In this document: positions 1 to 11,420 of the stretch, piece after piece
How the letters are laid out: each line of letters begins with the position of its first letter
How positions within the stretch are numbered: the stretch's first letter is position 1
The notes under the pieces: model-generated
What the model was told of the DNA's origin: nothing
What the model saw: the letters and a program-made list of their open reading frames with translations, nothing else
Databases searched by the model: none
NCBI GenBank assembly: GCA_951406725.2
Contig: OX597820.1
Coordinates: forward strand, 47,492,001-47,556,000
Direction of reading: 5' to 3'
Length of the DNA: 64,000 nt
Origin: Octopus vulgaris
Taxonomy: Eukaryota
Position numbers and translations under genes: made by a program

Positions 1-211
1 TTTGAAGGTAAACAATTCTTGTAATAAGAAAGCCTGAGGGAATAATTAAAAAAACATGCAGATAAAAACGTAACAAAAATCACAGGCCTCATACACACCA
101 TACAGAAAATAGTTTGAACACAAGAAGGTACTGCATTTCATCAACTGTTGGTTATGTATTAAAATCACATATTGAAAATAAGACAACTGAAATACTACTA
201 CTACTACAAGT

Positions 212-490
212 TTTTCATTGGCCTCCTTCGGCCAGAACTGACCAAGAGTAGTATCCTTGCAGTTTTCAGCTCGGCTGGAACTGCGTCTCCGATGGCTAAA
301 CAGACATGTATGTGAGTAACAGTCTCTGTTACATATCACACATTTGAATAAGGTGTTGTGAGTTTGTCGAAGTAACTGCGCTCCTTTTGCCGGTCTCACT
401 TGTCTGCTGCTGTGCTCATTAACCGCTTTTCCCCCGACTTGAGGTGTTCATTCAGGCTGCTCTTCCATGTTGACCAGTCAGCTGCGATTA
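212..490 (-). mobile_element. RTE/BovB-type LINE 3' fragment (ORF C-terminus with degenerate zinc finger)
   Basis: Minus-strand translation FKCVICNRDCYSHTCLFSHRRR matches the C..C.R.C.S..GL.SH.R motif at the end of RTE ORFs; preceded by a W...AAD...W-like stretch; disrupted. Confidence 0.65.
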
Positions 491-504
491 ACTAATACTA
501 TTAG

Positions 505-870
505 TAATCCTTTCTATTATAGGCACAAGGCCTGAAATTATAGGGAAAGGGGTCTAGTCGACAACATCAACTCCAGTGCTCAACTGGTACTTATTTCATC
601 GACCTCGAAATGATGAAAGGAAAAGTCTATCTCAGAGAGATTTGAACTCAAAATATAGAAAGCTGGAACAAGCATCCTAAAGCAGTTTGTTCCAATACTC
701 TAGTAATTCTGTCAAATCCACTAATCTTTGACAATTATTTCTAATACAAGTGCTAGGTCAGAATTTTCTGGTAGAAGAAGGGTGAGGATTAGAAGATTAC
801 CTCAGCCCTAGTATATGACAGGTACTTTATTTTTACCGACCGTGTAGAAATGAGAGATAAAGTCGATTCA
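505..870 (-). mobile_element. SINE family A, two degraded copies
   Basis: Contains the family core CAACTGGTACTTATTTCATCGACC...GATGAAAGG...TTTGAACTCA seen many times in the window. Confidence 0.7.
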
Positions 871-899
871 TGGTAGGTGGTGAAAAATTGTGTCGACAA

Positions 900-1400
900 C
901 TACGATGACGATGAGAATGCTGATGGCGAGGAAGACAGTGATGATGACGATGATGATGATGACAGATATGTTGACGACGATTGGGGTGATTTTGGTTTTG
1001 ATAATTTTGCTGCTATAGCTGATGTGGATGAATGATGATGATGATATGATGATAATGATGACGACAACAACGATGATGATGGTGATGATGATAATCATGG
1101 TGGGATTACTGCTGTTGATGATGATGATGATGAGGATGCTGTTGGCACTGTTGCCGCTGCCGCTGCTGCTGCTGCTAAGAATGGTTATGACGGTAGCAGT
1201 AATGAAGATAGTGATGATGGCAGTCGTGACACAATGAAAGCGAAGAGGACAAGCGAAATTCGTCCATCCTTCTGTTAAATCCTCACCTCCATTACCCATC
1301 ACCACACCACCACCACCGCCACCACTATAACAACCACATCACCGCAACCATCACAATCGCCGCCGCCGCCGCCACTGTGTTCACCGCCACCTCCTCCGCC
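900..1400. repeat. Trinucleotide low-complexity tract (GAT/TGC/CAC)
   Basis: Degenerate (GAT)n, (GCT)n and (CAC)n runs; the overlapping poly-M and poly-I ORFs are artefacts. Confidence 0.85.
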
Positions 1401-1504
1401 GCAATAACTAAATTTATTCATCCCAGAATACCTCAACACACAACACGAAGTCGCACGCAACACCACACCTATCTACTCCAAAGCAGCTGCCCACCGTACT
1501 CTTC

Positions 1505-1689
1505 TTTCTCCTCTCTCTCTCTCTCTCTCTCTCTCCCACTGTCTGTCTGTCTCTGTCTGTCTCTCTCATATCTCCCACTTCTACTCTCAAGTACTCTATA
1601 CCGCTTTTATGAATGGAAGAACAAAAGAACACGTTCAAAATTCTCACCATATTGGAATTATTCTACACACAGGTGCCATCCCGCGTACG

Positions 1690-1758
<69 letters not shown>

Positions 1759-1767
1759 GTATGTATG

Positions 1768-1801
<34 letters not shown>

Positions 1802-2387
1802 CATGTGCGTGTGTGTTTGCATAAGTATGTGTGTTTATGTTTTTGCATGCATGTAGGATTTTTCTAAGTGTTGGTCCACGCACACACGCACACACGCACA
1901 CACGCACACACATACACACACACACACATACACACTCATATACAAACATGTGCGTGTGCATGCATCTGTAAGCTTGTGCTTCTGTATGTACATGTAAATT
2001 TGGGTTCTCATATGCATACGTGTGCATGCGTATGGTATTGTCTGCATGCGTGTGTACATGTAGGTGTAAGTGAATGTGTGTACTTGAGTGTATCGCCGTT
2101 TGTGTGTGTGTGTGTGTGTATGTATGTGTGTGTGTGTGCATTTTTATGTATGTATACAAATGGGCGAAAATGTGTGAATATATGTGTGAATACATATATA
2201 AGACTGCGTTTATATGCTAATGCGTTTGTATGTTTGCATATATGCATGTGTATGTCGTATACTCGAATGTGGGTGCAACACTTTGTGGTGTAGAATTTAA
2301 AATAGAAGGCAAAAAAGTAACTACATGTATGCGTGGGCTGGAAGCTATAAAAACGGAAAGATGAAGATGATGATGATGATGATGATG

Positions 2388-2418
<31 letters not shown>

Positions 2419-2450
2419 CGACGATGATGATGACCACGACGATGATAGCG
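1505..2450. repeat. Compound microsatellites (CT, CA, TA, TG, GAT)
   Basis: Directly visible runs, e.g. (CA)n 1693-1740 and (GAT)n 2358-2445. Confidence 0.9.
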
Positions 2451-2869
2451 GTGGCATCTCTATACCCATGTCTATATGTGTGAATAAGCTGTGTAATAAC
2501 ACATGTGTGTATATACATAGGTACACACACACATATATGCTTGTGTCCTCAAATGCATACACATATACACATGCATTTTTGTATAAAGCTAGTTGATCGA
2601 ATTAGAGCTGCTGTTTCTTTAACTCTCTATAATCTCTTGTCAAATTTCGGTGTATCTTCATTTCCTTCAATACTTCAATACCGTTCTCTACTCTTTGTAT
2701 GAAACTTGATTCACCTAAAACCAACACTCTTACGGCTTTTATAGAGACCTGCCTACAGCCTTCTTGTGGCCCTATCTGCGGCAGTATAGATACATAAATC
2801 AAGTTTAATTTAATAAGTGTTAACCGGTCAGCATACATGCATGCATGCATATATATATATATGTACATA

Positions 2870-3091
2870 CTATTTCTTTACTACCCACAAGGGGCTAAAC
2901 ACAGAGAGGACAAACAAACGGATTAAGTAGATTATATCGACCCCAGTGCGTAACTGGTACTTATCTAATCGACCCCGAAAGGATGAAAAGCAATGTCGAC
3001 CTCGGTGGAATTTGAACTCAGAACGTAGCGGCAGACGAAATACCGCTAAGCATTTCGCCCGGCGTGCTAACGTTTCTGCCAGCTCACCGCC
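2870..3091 (-). mobile_element. SINE family A (tRNA-like head, central GCCTTTCATCCTTTCGGGGTCGATAAATTAAGTACCAG core)
   Basis: Near-consensus copy of the most abundant interspersed repeat in the window; B-box-like GAGTTCAAATTCC; the core resembles the Meta/MESC SINE domain as I recall it. Confidence 0.9.
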
Positions 3092-3139
3092 TGTATATAT
3101 GTATATACATACATACATACATACATACATACATACATA

Positions 3140-3270
3140 ATAAAAATCTGCAAGACCTTCCTATGATTTGAAGGATGAAGGTCAAAACAAGATACTTTTC
3201 TTCACAACCTTGCTGCCAAGCAAGTGGCCGATCAAAATTCACTCTAAATTAAAAAGATAAAGAGAAGACA
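3140..3270 (+). mobile_element. 3' end of an R4/Dong-like RLE LINE, flanked by (TACA)n
   Basis: Homologous to 4100-4222 (AAAATCTGCAAGACCTTC...GTGGCCGATCAAAATT.ACTCTAAATTAAAAAGA); TACA repeats on both sides. Confidence 0.75.
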
Positions 3271-3293
3271 TACATACATGTATACATACATAC

Positions 3294-3915
3294 CAGGCAC
3301 GTACTGTCAGTAATTACTCAGGGTAGGCAGTTGGTGACCTTTATGTAGTAAACAATCATTAAAAGATTTGTGAGTTGATAAAAGGATAAAAATATTTAAA
3401 AAGTTTACTTCCTAATTATATTAGCCTATTTGTACAGGAAATCTATTCTTCTCTCTTTCTTTGTTGCAAAAATGTCAGTCACTTTTTCATAGAAATTGAA
3501 AGTAGGGTCTTGCTCCATTTTGTTAAGGCTTTCCTTTTTAATGGATATTAACGCAAGTAACGAAAGCTTTTGATTTGTCATTCTGTTCCTAGTGTAGATC
3601 TTAATTCTTTTCAAAGCAGAAAACGACCTCTCCACAGAAACAGTTACAGAAAGAACTGTCAAGATTAATTACAGCAACTTCACAGCTTGGGGAAACGTTT
3701 AGGTCAGTTTATTTTCAAATATAAAATCAAGCAAAGTTTTAACGGATTTATCTTGAAACATTTGTGCATCGTAAATTCCAGCTAAATCCGCTTTCAGTCT
3801 TATGATGTCGAAAAAGCTTCCATAGTTTTTTTTCTAAACTTTCAAATGCATCCTTGGCAAGAAAGATCTTGAAATTTATTTTCACGAACTAATGAAATGA
3901 ACTTTTTAATGAAAT
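3294..3915 (-). mobile_element. hAT transposon relic: C-terminal dimerisation domain and one terminus
   Basis: ORF 3426-3662 VSVERSFSALKRIKIYTRNRM..KLSLLALISI...FATKKERR is the hAT dimerisation motif (ZMYM1-like/Tip100 type); frameshifted upstream; CAGG putative TIR start at 3294. Confidence 0.88.
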
Positions 3916-3919
3916 GAAG

Positions 3920-4222
3920 TTTTTGATATGGAGTTGCAAACCCAATACCCAAAATACATTTTCAACATCATACCAATCATTATTGGAGCATTAGGATACA
4001 TACCGAGCCGTCTGGAGCAAAGTATGGCCTAACTTTGGATCTTGGGGAGGGGATGCAAATCCTTAATTCATATAATATAAATGATTACAATATCTGGGAC
4101 TATAAAAATCTGCAAGACCTTCTTGAGATTTAAAGGATGATGGTTAAAACAAGAATCTTTCATTCACTACCTTTCTACTAAGTAGGTGGCCGATCAAAAT
4201 TTACTCTAAATTAAAAAGAGAA
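3920..4222 (+). mobile_element. R4/Dong-like LINE 3' fragment (end of RLE domain and 3' UTR)
   Basis: Translates MELQTQYPKYIFNIIPIIIGALGYIP...SGTIKICKTFLRFKG*; ends in (TACA)n 4222-4355. Confidence 0.8.
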
Positions 4223-4355
4223 CATACATACATACATAAATACATACATACATACATACATACATAAATACATACATACATAAATACATACATACATACA
4301 TACATACATACATACATACATACATACATACATACATACATACATACATACATAA

Positions 4356-4475
4356 ATACTGGATTTGCAAACTCCTTATCAATAGTCCATAGATGTCCTC
4401 TTTCTCTCATATTTTTCTAACCACATTTGTGTCCAGAGGGCAGCTGATTTCCACAACAGGACATATCTTTTCTTT
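4356..4475 (-). mobile_element. Inverted RLE-domain LINE fragment
   Basis: Minus strand reads KICPVVEISCPLDTNVVRKI*EKEDIYGLLIRSLQIQY, the E.SCP.D.N...K..EK...Y part of a restriction-like endonuclease domain. Confidence 0.75.
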
Positions 4476-4479
4476 GTGG

Positions 4480-4912
4480 CCCCACACAACGATAATAGAC
4501 CTGGCATAGTAAGAGAAGACAGAGAAGAGAAACTGTATAGTTGTGGAAACCCAGTGGATGTTAACATAGAGCTAAAGATCAGCGAAAAAGAAAATACTTA
4601 CGCTGAACTATTGAGGAATCTACATATACTCTATCCAGATTACAAGTTCAGGTTGATACCTGTAATTATTGGGGAACTGGGATATGTAACACACTGCCTA
4701 AATTGTAATACACTGCGTAAATTCTAACACACTGCCTAAATACCAGTCTTGAGAAATTAGGCTTCTCAAAACCAGAAAGGAGACATCTGATTCGACGACT
4801 ACATCAAAATTCACTGTTGATGTCGAAATTCTAATGAAGGAGCTTTGGATCTAGGTTAGAAACTATGTCTTTCCTCATTGACAAGAAATCTTGAAATAAA
4901 ACCGAATAATGA
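4480..4912 (+). mobile_element. R4/Dong-like LINE fragment (RLE domain and 3' UTR)
   Basis: ORF 4476-4727 NRPGIV..DREEKL...PVDVNIELKISEKENTYAELLRNL.ILYPDYKFRLIPVIIGELGY; 3' UTR runs into (TACA)n 4912-5036. Confidence 0.85.
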
Positions 4913-5036
4913 CATACATACATACATACATACATACATACATACATACATACATACATACATACATACATACATACATACATACATACATACATACATA
5001 CATACATACATACATACATACATACATACATACATA

Positions 5037-5435
5037 CCAAGAACGTTGACAATAAGATTAGCTTCTAGATGTGAGATAAATAGATTACACCTCATCAAAG
5101 AGGCTACGTCTTTTGGCCTTTCCTATCTTGGAAGAGGAGGTAGTTGCTAAATACTTTAACAATAAGGAAGATAGGGATACCTCTAAGCTTCTACATTGTG
5201 GTAAAAAAATAAACGTCGATTGTGTCATTAGAAATACTTCATATTAACGGCAGCTGTCCAAAAATACCTGCAAGGGACTACTTTCTCATGAGACAGCAGT
5301 GTTGCTGTAACATTTATAGCCGCCGGAATAATAGTTCCGATGGCTATAAAACAGGCACGTAAGAACTAAAATCTATCCATACCTTTAAAGATAAAGAATA
5401 CTGGTGGAGCATTCCAATCAAAAACAGCAACATGG
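5037..5435 (+). mobile_element. RLE-LINE fragment, CCHC knuckle region, decayed
   Basis: Residual motifs LHINGSCPKIPARDYFLMR and KEYWWSIPIK, typical of the H...SC.K....Y..RH and WW segments just upstream of RLE domains. Confidence 0.6.
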
Positions 5436-5689
5436 TGTAAATACACAGGCTTGGTATTATTCTATGGAACCTGAAAAATAAAAATAAAGGCCATGCGTTA
5501 CTGTATAGGTCAACTGTTCCGTGGATGTGAACGTCTGAGCCTCAATTGGAAAAAAATGGAGAGCATCTATAGAGAAATGTAAAACCAGTGGAATATCGTG
5601 TGGAAGTAGAGAGATTTTATATCCTGATGTTGGATAAATAATTTAACGAAGCAGAGAGAAAGAAAGTATTCACACCACAGACTAAGATT

Positions 5690-5960
5690 ACTGTTACACG
5701 AGGTTAAACGATCTCTACCAACGGCTCACAATGAACGGCTTACTCTGAATAGCTTTTAGAACACAGGGGGTGGTCGGAATCCTTCCCCAACAAGAGGGTT
5801 GCATCAGCATTCAACTGGTACCAGTTTTCAGCTGAATAGTCCAGATCAAAAAGAAAATTATGTTCCTGGCTCAAAGGCATAACACGTCACCCAGTCCAAG
5901 AACCAAACTTATAACCATACGATTATTAGGTTAACAACATAGCCACAAGACCACTTGGTA
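5690..5960 (-). mobile_element. Degraded tRNA-derived SINE (family D-related)
   Basis: Reverse complement has a tRNA-like head and a CCTTTGAGCCAGGAACA body similar to 19085-19230 and 25172-25426. Confidence 0.5.
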
Positions 5961-6009
5961 TGCAAGCGCGCACGCACACACATATCAATACACATGTGCA
6001 CGCATTATT

Positions 6010-6790
6010 GCATTTTTTAGCACGCCGAACAAAATGCTTAGCGGCATTTTGCCCGTCTTTAAGTTGTGAGTTCAAATCCTTTCAGGGTCGTTAAAATAAG
6101 TACCAGTTGAGCACTTGGATCGTTGTAATTGGCTTCCCCTTATCTCCGAAATTGCTGGCCTTGTGCCAATATTTGAAACTGTTCTTAACATTTTTAGCAT
6201 ACCAGATAAAATGCTTAAAGGCATTTCTTCCGGTTTCACGTTCGGAGGTCAAATTCCACTGAAGCCGGCCTTTGCGTTTCATTCTTTCGGAGTCGATGAA
6301 ATAAGTACTATTTGTGTACCGGAGTCGATATTATCGACTAGTTCCACTTTCCCAAAAAATCAGGCCTTGTGCCTATAGTAGAAAGGATTATTACATTTTT
6401 TTAAGGCATCGAGTTGGCAGAACCGTTGGAATACTGGACAAAACGCTTCGCGAAATTTTGTTCGTCTCTACGTTCTAAGCTCCAATTTCTTCGTGGTCAA
6501 CTTTGCCTTTCATCCTTTAGGGTCGATAAAATAAATAACAGTCAAGTACTGGGGTCTCTGTAATTGACTTGCCACTCCCCTCAAAAATTGCTGATCTTGT
6601 GCTAGAATTTGAAACCATTACTACATTTCTTCTGGCTTCGAGTTCTGACTTCAAATTCGCCGAGTTCAGCTTTGCTTTTCGTCCTTTCGGGGTCGATAAA
6701 ATAAGCACCAGCTGAGTTCTGGTGTCAATGTAATAGACTAGCCTCTGTCCCCAAATTTCAGGCCTTGTGCCTACAGAAGAAATAATTGTT
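6010..6790 (+). mobile_element. Four consecutive diverged SINE-A copies
   Basis: Core repeated at about 6070, 6250, 6480 and 6650, each ending in GGCCTTGTGCC-like tails. Confidence 0.85.
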
Positions 6791-6945
6791 ACATGCATAT
6801 AATTTTAGTACTGTTTCCATTTATCAGTTATACTTAAGTACCACTACAGTCAGCTCTCAGTTTACACGGCAGATTGGTTCTGTTGATCATTGAGTAAACC
6901 GTGTAGAACGAGGAAAATGCTTCTGATGATATTAATAAAGAACAC

Positions 6946-7362
6946 CACAGGTGTGGCTGTGTGGTAAGAAGCTTGTTTCCCAACCACATGGTTCCGGGTT
7001 CAGTCTCACTGTTTGGAAACTTAGGCCGATCAAAGCCGCGTGAGTGGAATTTGGTAGTTGGAAATTGAAAGTAGTCCGTCATACACACATACACGTGCGC
7101 GCACACACACAAATATATATGTATGTGTGTATCTGTGTGTGTGTGTGTGTGTTTGTGTCCGTGTTTGTCCCCGCCCGATTGACAACCAGTGTTGGTGAGG
7201 TTATGTCCCTGTAACTAAGCGGTTTGGCAAAAAAAAATGATAGAATCAATACTAGGCTTAAAAAAAATAAGTCCTAGGGGTTGGTTTGTTCAGCTAAAAA
7301 ATACCCTTCAAAGCGGTGCTCCAGCTTGGTCGCAGTCAAATGACTGAAACATGTAAAAGAGT
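6946..7362 (+). mobile_element. SINE family B (tRNA-like head, internal CA/TA/TG microsatellite, CR1-like 3' tail)
   Basis: GTGGCTGTGTGGTAAGAAGCTTG...GGTTCAGTC head; internal microsatellite 7080-7155; tail GCGGTGCTCCAGC...CAGTCAAATGACTGAAAC. Confidence 0.85.
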
Positions 7363-8284
7363 AACTATTTATCGAAATGAGCATTAGAAAATGCGATTAT
7401 GAAGTGTGTGTACACACAGACACACAGACACAAGTATACAGACTGATACATAGATTTGGCCGCTGACGTAAATTGGCTTCTCTCATTGTTTCTACAATGT
7501 CTCAACGGTTAAATGCCGTGATTCAAAGTTGTTCAAGATCCTGCGATTATACCGGCTTTGATTTATACTTTCGTTCCTTTTAATCGTTTTAATAGTTACT
7601 TCGTTTGTATTAAACGGATTCGCAGTATCTGTTAAAACCGGTTCCATTTTGAAGTTGATTTAAGATAATCAATTTAAACTATCAGAGAAATCGACTTGCT
7701 TGACATTTGAAACTCTATTATTCAATCTCGTAAATATTTAACAAAATAAAAAAAACAAACAAAAAAAAAAAACAAAAAAAAAACAAGCGAACAAACAAAC
7801 AAAAACAAAACAAAAAGAATTAGATTGATTCTAACGTAAGCGTTAGTTTAGAATATGGTTTTCCTTATTGTCGAAGAAATGAGATGAAAGTAGAATTAAA
7901 GGAAGATGTAAAACCAAACGGAAATGACGAAGTGGTATGTCTGTATAGGTGAGTGGTATGTCTGTATACGTAGGAAAAATATCCTCTAAAAACGTGCTCA
8001 AGTGAAACTGTGCGAAGCAAGTATAGTGTTAGTCTAGTATTATTTATTTTACCGTTCTATATTCTACCGATGAAATTATAATTTTGTCATAGCACCCATC
8101 TTGCTTTAACGTTTTATTTAAAATATATTTCTATATTTTGACGCACGTACGCACATACGTACGTAATGTATGTGTGTGTGTGTGTGTGTATGTATGTGTG
8201 TATGTATGTGTGTGTGCGTCTGTGTGTGATAGTGAAATAGGAAAGATATATGTGTATCATGAAGTGAATGTATGCATTAGTGTC

Positions 8285-8285
<1 letters not shown>

Positions 8286-8371
<86 letters not shown>

Positions 8372-8423
8372 GCTAGCTAGCTAGCTCCCCCATCTCTCTC
8401 TCTCTCGCTCTGTCTCTCTCTCG

Positions 8424-8460
<37 letters not shown>
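8286..8460. repeat. (TATC)n, (TAGC)n, (CT)n, (TA)n
   Basis: Visible runs. Confidence 0.9.
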
Positions 8461-8575
8461 CACGACAGGCTTCTTTCAGTTTCCGTCTACCAAATCTACT
8501 CCCCAAGGCTTTGGTCAGCCCGAGGTTATAGTAGAAGACACTTGCCCAAGGTGAGACTGAACCACTCCTGCGCCT
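8461..8575 (-). mobile_element. SINE-B 5' half with internal deletion
   Basis: GGCTTCTTTCAGTTTCCGTCTACCAAATC...GAAGACACTTGCCCAAGG. Confidence 0.8.
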
Positions 8576-8582
8576 ATATATA

Positions 8583-8797
8583 TATAATAGTGTATAAGGG
8601 TTTATACACGAAGAGGAGACCACCATGTGGGTTCCTTGCATACTAGAAAGCGCAGTTAAAAGGTTCACATGGTGGTCTACTCTTCGTGTATAAACTCTCA
8701 TACACTATTATATTATAAAAGTATTTGTACCTTCTGACTTTGTATTACGCATGCTAACCGCCGGTATTAATTATTAATTTAATAATTTTAACCCTGT
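8583..8797. mobile_element. Inverted-repeat element in TA context (Penelope-like inverted terminus)
   Basis: 47-bp arms 8583-8629 and 8666-8712 with 3 mismatches, followed by about 85 bp of unique tail. Confidence 0.6.
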
Positions 8798-9245
8798 ATA
8801 TGTGCCTGTGTGTGTGTGTGTGTGCATGCGTGCGTGCGTGCGTGTGCATTAAATTTGAATTATAAGCAGGTCTAATAATATAAAAATTATCGTCACAATC
8901 TTAACGTACGTGTCTTGTTTACGCGCTCATCAGCTGCTGGATAGCATCAAATGAAAAGTCCCTGACGCTGAGTGACAAAGAAACAAAAAAAAAAGAAAAC
9001 AAAAAAAAAACAACAGAAAACAAAAAAAAACACGCACACACTGTATCCTTAAACTAAGCGAGATAACACTCGTCCCATGACAAATAGAGAACGAAGGATG
9101 TCGAAATTTCTCTATTGTTGCAGCTCATCGGCATAGAGTGTACTTCTGTCATCTCCAAATCAATTAGAATTGTTGGTCTGAAGTATATATGCAAATCGGG
9201 TAGAGTATCTTTCTCTCTCTCTCCACACACATGCATATATATATA

Positions 9246-9447
9246 GGACGCCGTGATAGATCGTTAGCTCCTACACGCATTTTTTTCTCTCCTTGTTTCT
9301 CTCCTTGTTTTTTTTCTGTGTATCTTTCTGTCGAAGAGCGTAGGCTCGAAACGTAAAAGACTTTTCCTATTCCTGAGCGCTATACTAATACATTTTTTGT
9401 TTGTACTCCACCTGCTTTCGTCTTTTGTTCATTTTCGTAAACTTTCC

Positions 9448-9450
<3 letters not shown>
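9246..9450 (+). mobile_element. About 200-bp TA-embedded repeat (family P1) with hammerhead-like motif
   Basis: Homologous to 17048-17247, 58886-59053 and 42578-42690; motif at 9323-9360; (TA)n follows. Confidence 0.75.
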
Positions 9451-9511
<61 letters not shown>

Positions 9512-9516
<5 letters not shown>

Positions 9517-9680
9517 AATGAGATAGGGGTTGAAAATTCAACCCACCATGGGATAATATATATCCAATATACTGCTAGATAGGTACCCAACAAAATTAAT
9601 ACATAGTTATTTCGATCTTGAAAGGATGGACTTGGTGCTAACTTAACTGTATCTATTTTTAGTATTTTTTATTATTATTA

Positions 9681-9717
<37 letters not shown>

Positions 9718-9809
9718 CAATAGTAATTTTTATTAACTTTTATAGCTTTAGAATTTTATGAACTGTACCACGGATTTAATTATTATTTTTCATCTCCATA
9801 TGTGTTAGC

Positions 9810-9845
<36 letters not shown>

Positions 9846-10395
9846 AAAAAACTATTAGCCAAATATGTATAATATCGGTACTTATTAATATTAATATATA
9901 CACTGTTATATATTTTGTTTTATTTTGTTCTGTTTACCTTCCTTTTTGTACAAATGTGTATTATATTATATAAGTGTAGCATTATGATGTATAAGTTTTT
10001 ATATTTTACATTTTTATATTTTTATATTTATATGTATATGATTATATAATATTTTTCACTATTATAACAAATTTAATTTAATTCTCTGAAGAGGCCGTGG
10101 GGCATCCTTGTTAATGCCTCATTTATACCTGCCTTTATGGCTTATAGGTTAAATGAGGTATGACTGTCCTCACTGCCGAAACAGCTGTCAGTTTTGATTT
10201 ATTTGCATATTATATTTGAAATTTTTTACTTATATCTCTTTATCTTTTTACTTTTACTATTACTGTGTATCTCATTTCATTTTATATATTGCCTTTACTC
10301 ATATGTAATGGTGTATTAAAGTATGGATTGAATATCATCGGATAGTTGATGTTTTACTGATTTAAGTATGTTTCTCCATTCTCTAATTTTGTAGT
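9512..10395 (+). mobile_element. AT-rich Penelope-like terminal segment between (TA)n arrays
   Basis: Bounded by (TA)n 9451-9511 and 10396-10421; contains a hammerhead core at 10084-10191. Confidence 0.55.
10084..10191 (+). ncRNA. Type I hammerhead ribozyme motif with extended stem II
   Basis: CTGAAGA 10086-92; 85-nt hairpin stem II 10093-10177; GAAA 10178-81; palindromic stem III ACAGCTGT; GTC cleavage triplet ending at 10189; stem I only CT/AG. Confidence 0.7.
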
Positions 10396-10652
10396 TATAT
10401 ATATATATATATATATATATACATGTTAGCAAGCAAGCGCTAAATGATGATGATGATGATGATATATATATACACGCATACATATATACATTCATGCATA
10501 CATGCATATGTACATACACACACACACACACACACATACACACATATATATATATATATGCGCACCCATAAATATATATTTTTCACCATTACTTATAGCG
10601 TATTTTCTTGTTCTTTTCATCGTCATCATGATGAATATTCTTTTTCTTTCCT

Positions 10653-10712
<60 letters not shown>

Positions 10713-10884
10713 TATTTCTTTATTTATTTCAATCACTGTCAACCGGTTTGCGATATAGTTTATAAGGATATTGAGATAAAAGTCTCAATTTTATTGAGTC
10801 TATTTTTATTCAGAAAGTATTAAAGTGGAGACAATAGAAAAGAAAGAGAGATAGATAGATAAAGATAGTTAGATAAGAGTGAGA

Positions 10885-10934
<50 letters not shown>

Positions 10935-10945
10935 TAGATATATAG

Positions 10946-11012
<67 letters not shown>

Positions 11013-11420
11013 AAAAAAGTGAAAACAAATTGGCAGAAAAGTGATATTTCGTTACCAAGTCATTCGTCTTTTTCTTGATAAACGAGAAACTACTTCAACA
11101 ACAATACCGACAACAGGGTTACATCCTGAGCATCAGCCACAATAACAACAACAACCATATGAAAAACAATATATATAAACAACAACCTCAACAAGAACGA
11201 CTTTAACAACGGCATCAGCATCATGATGAGCATCAACAAAAATATTAACAACAACGTTATTAACTGTAACGTCATCATATCGATAGTGATAACACAGACG
11301 TTATCAGTTTCAACAACATCATCATCAACAACAACTGCAATGTTAATGACATCAACTACAGCGTAAACATCAACATCAATATCATTATCAACGATATTCG
11401 TTTTTCGTTTTTCTTCTTCT

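Noticed and set aside
7455-7480. TGACG plus ATTGG (CRE/CCAAT-like) motif pair
   Set aside because: Short motifs expected by chance; no associated gene start.
8915-8935. Minus-strand CTGATGAG hammerhead box
   Set aside because: Followed by GTAAAC rather than GAAA; no stems.
9078-9120. Hairpin ATAGAGAA...TTCTCTAT as a possible pre-miRNA
   Set aside because: Stem too short and no recognisable mature miRNA sequence.
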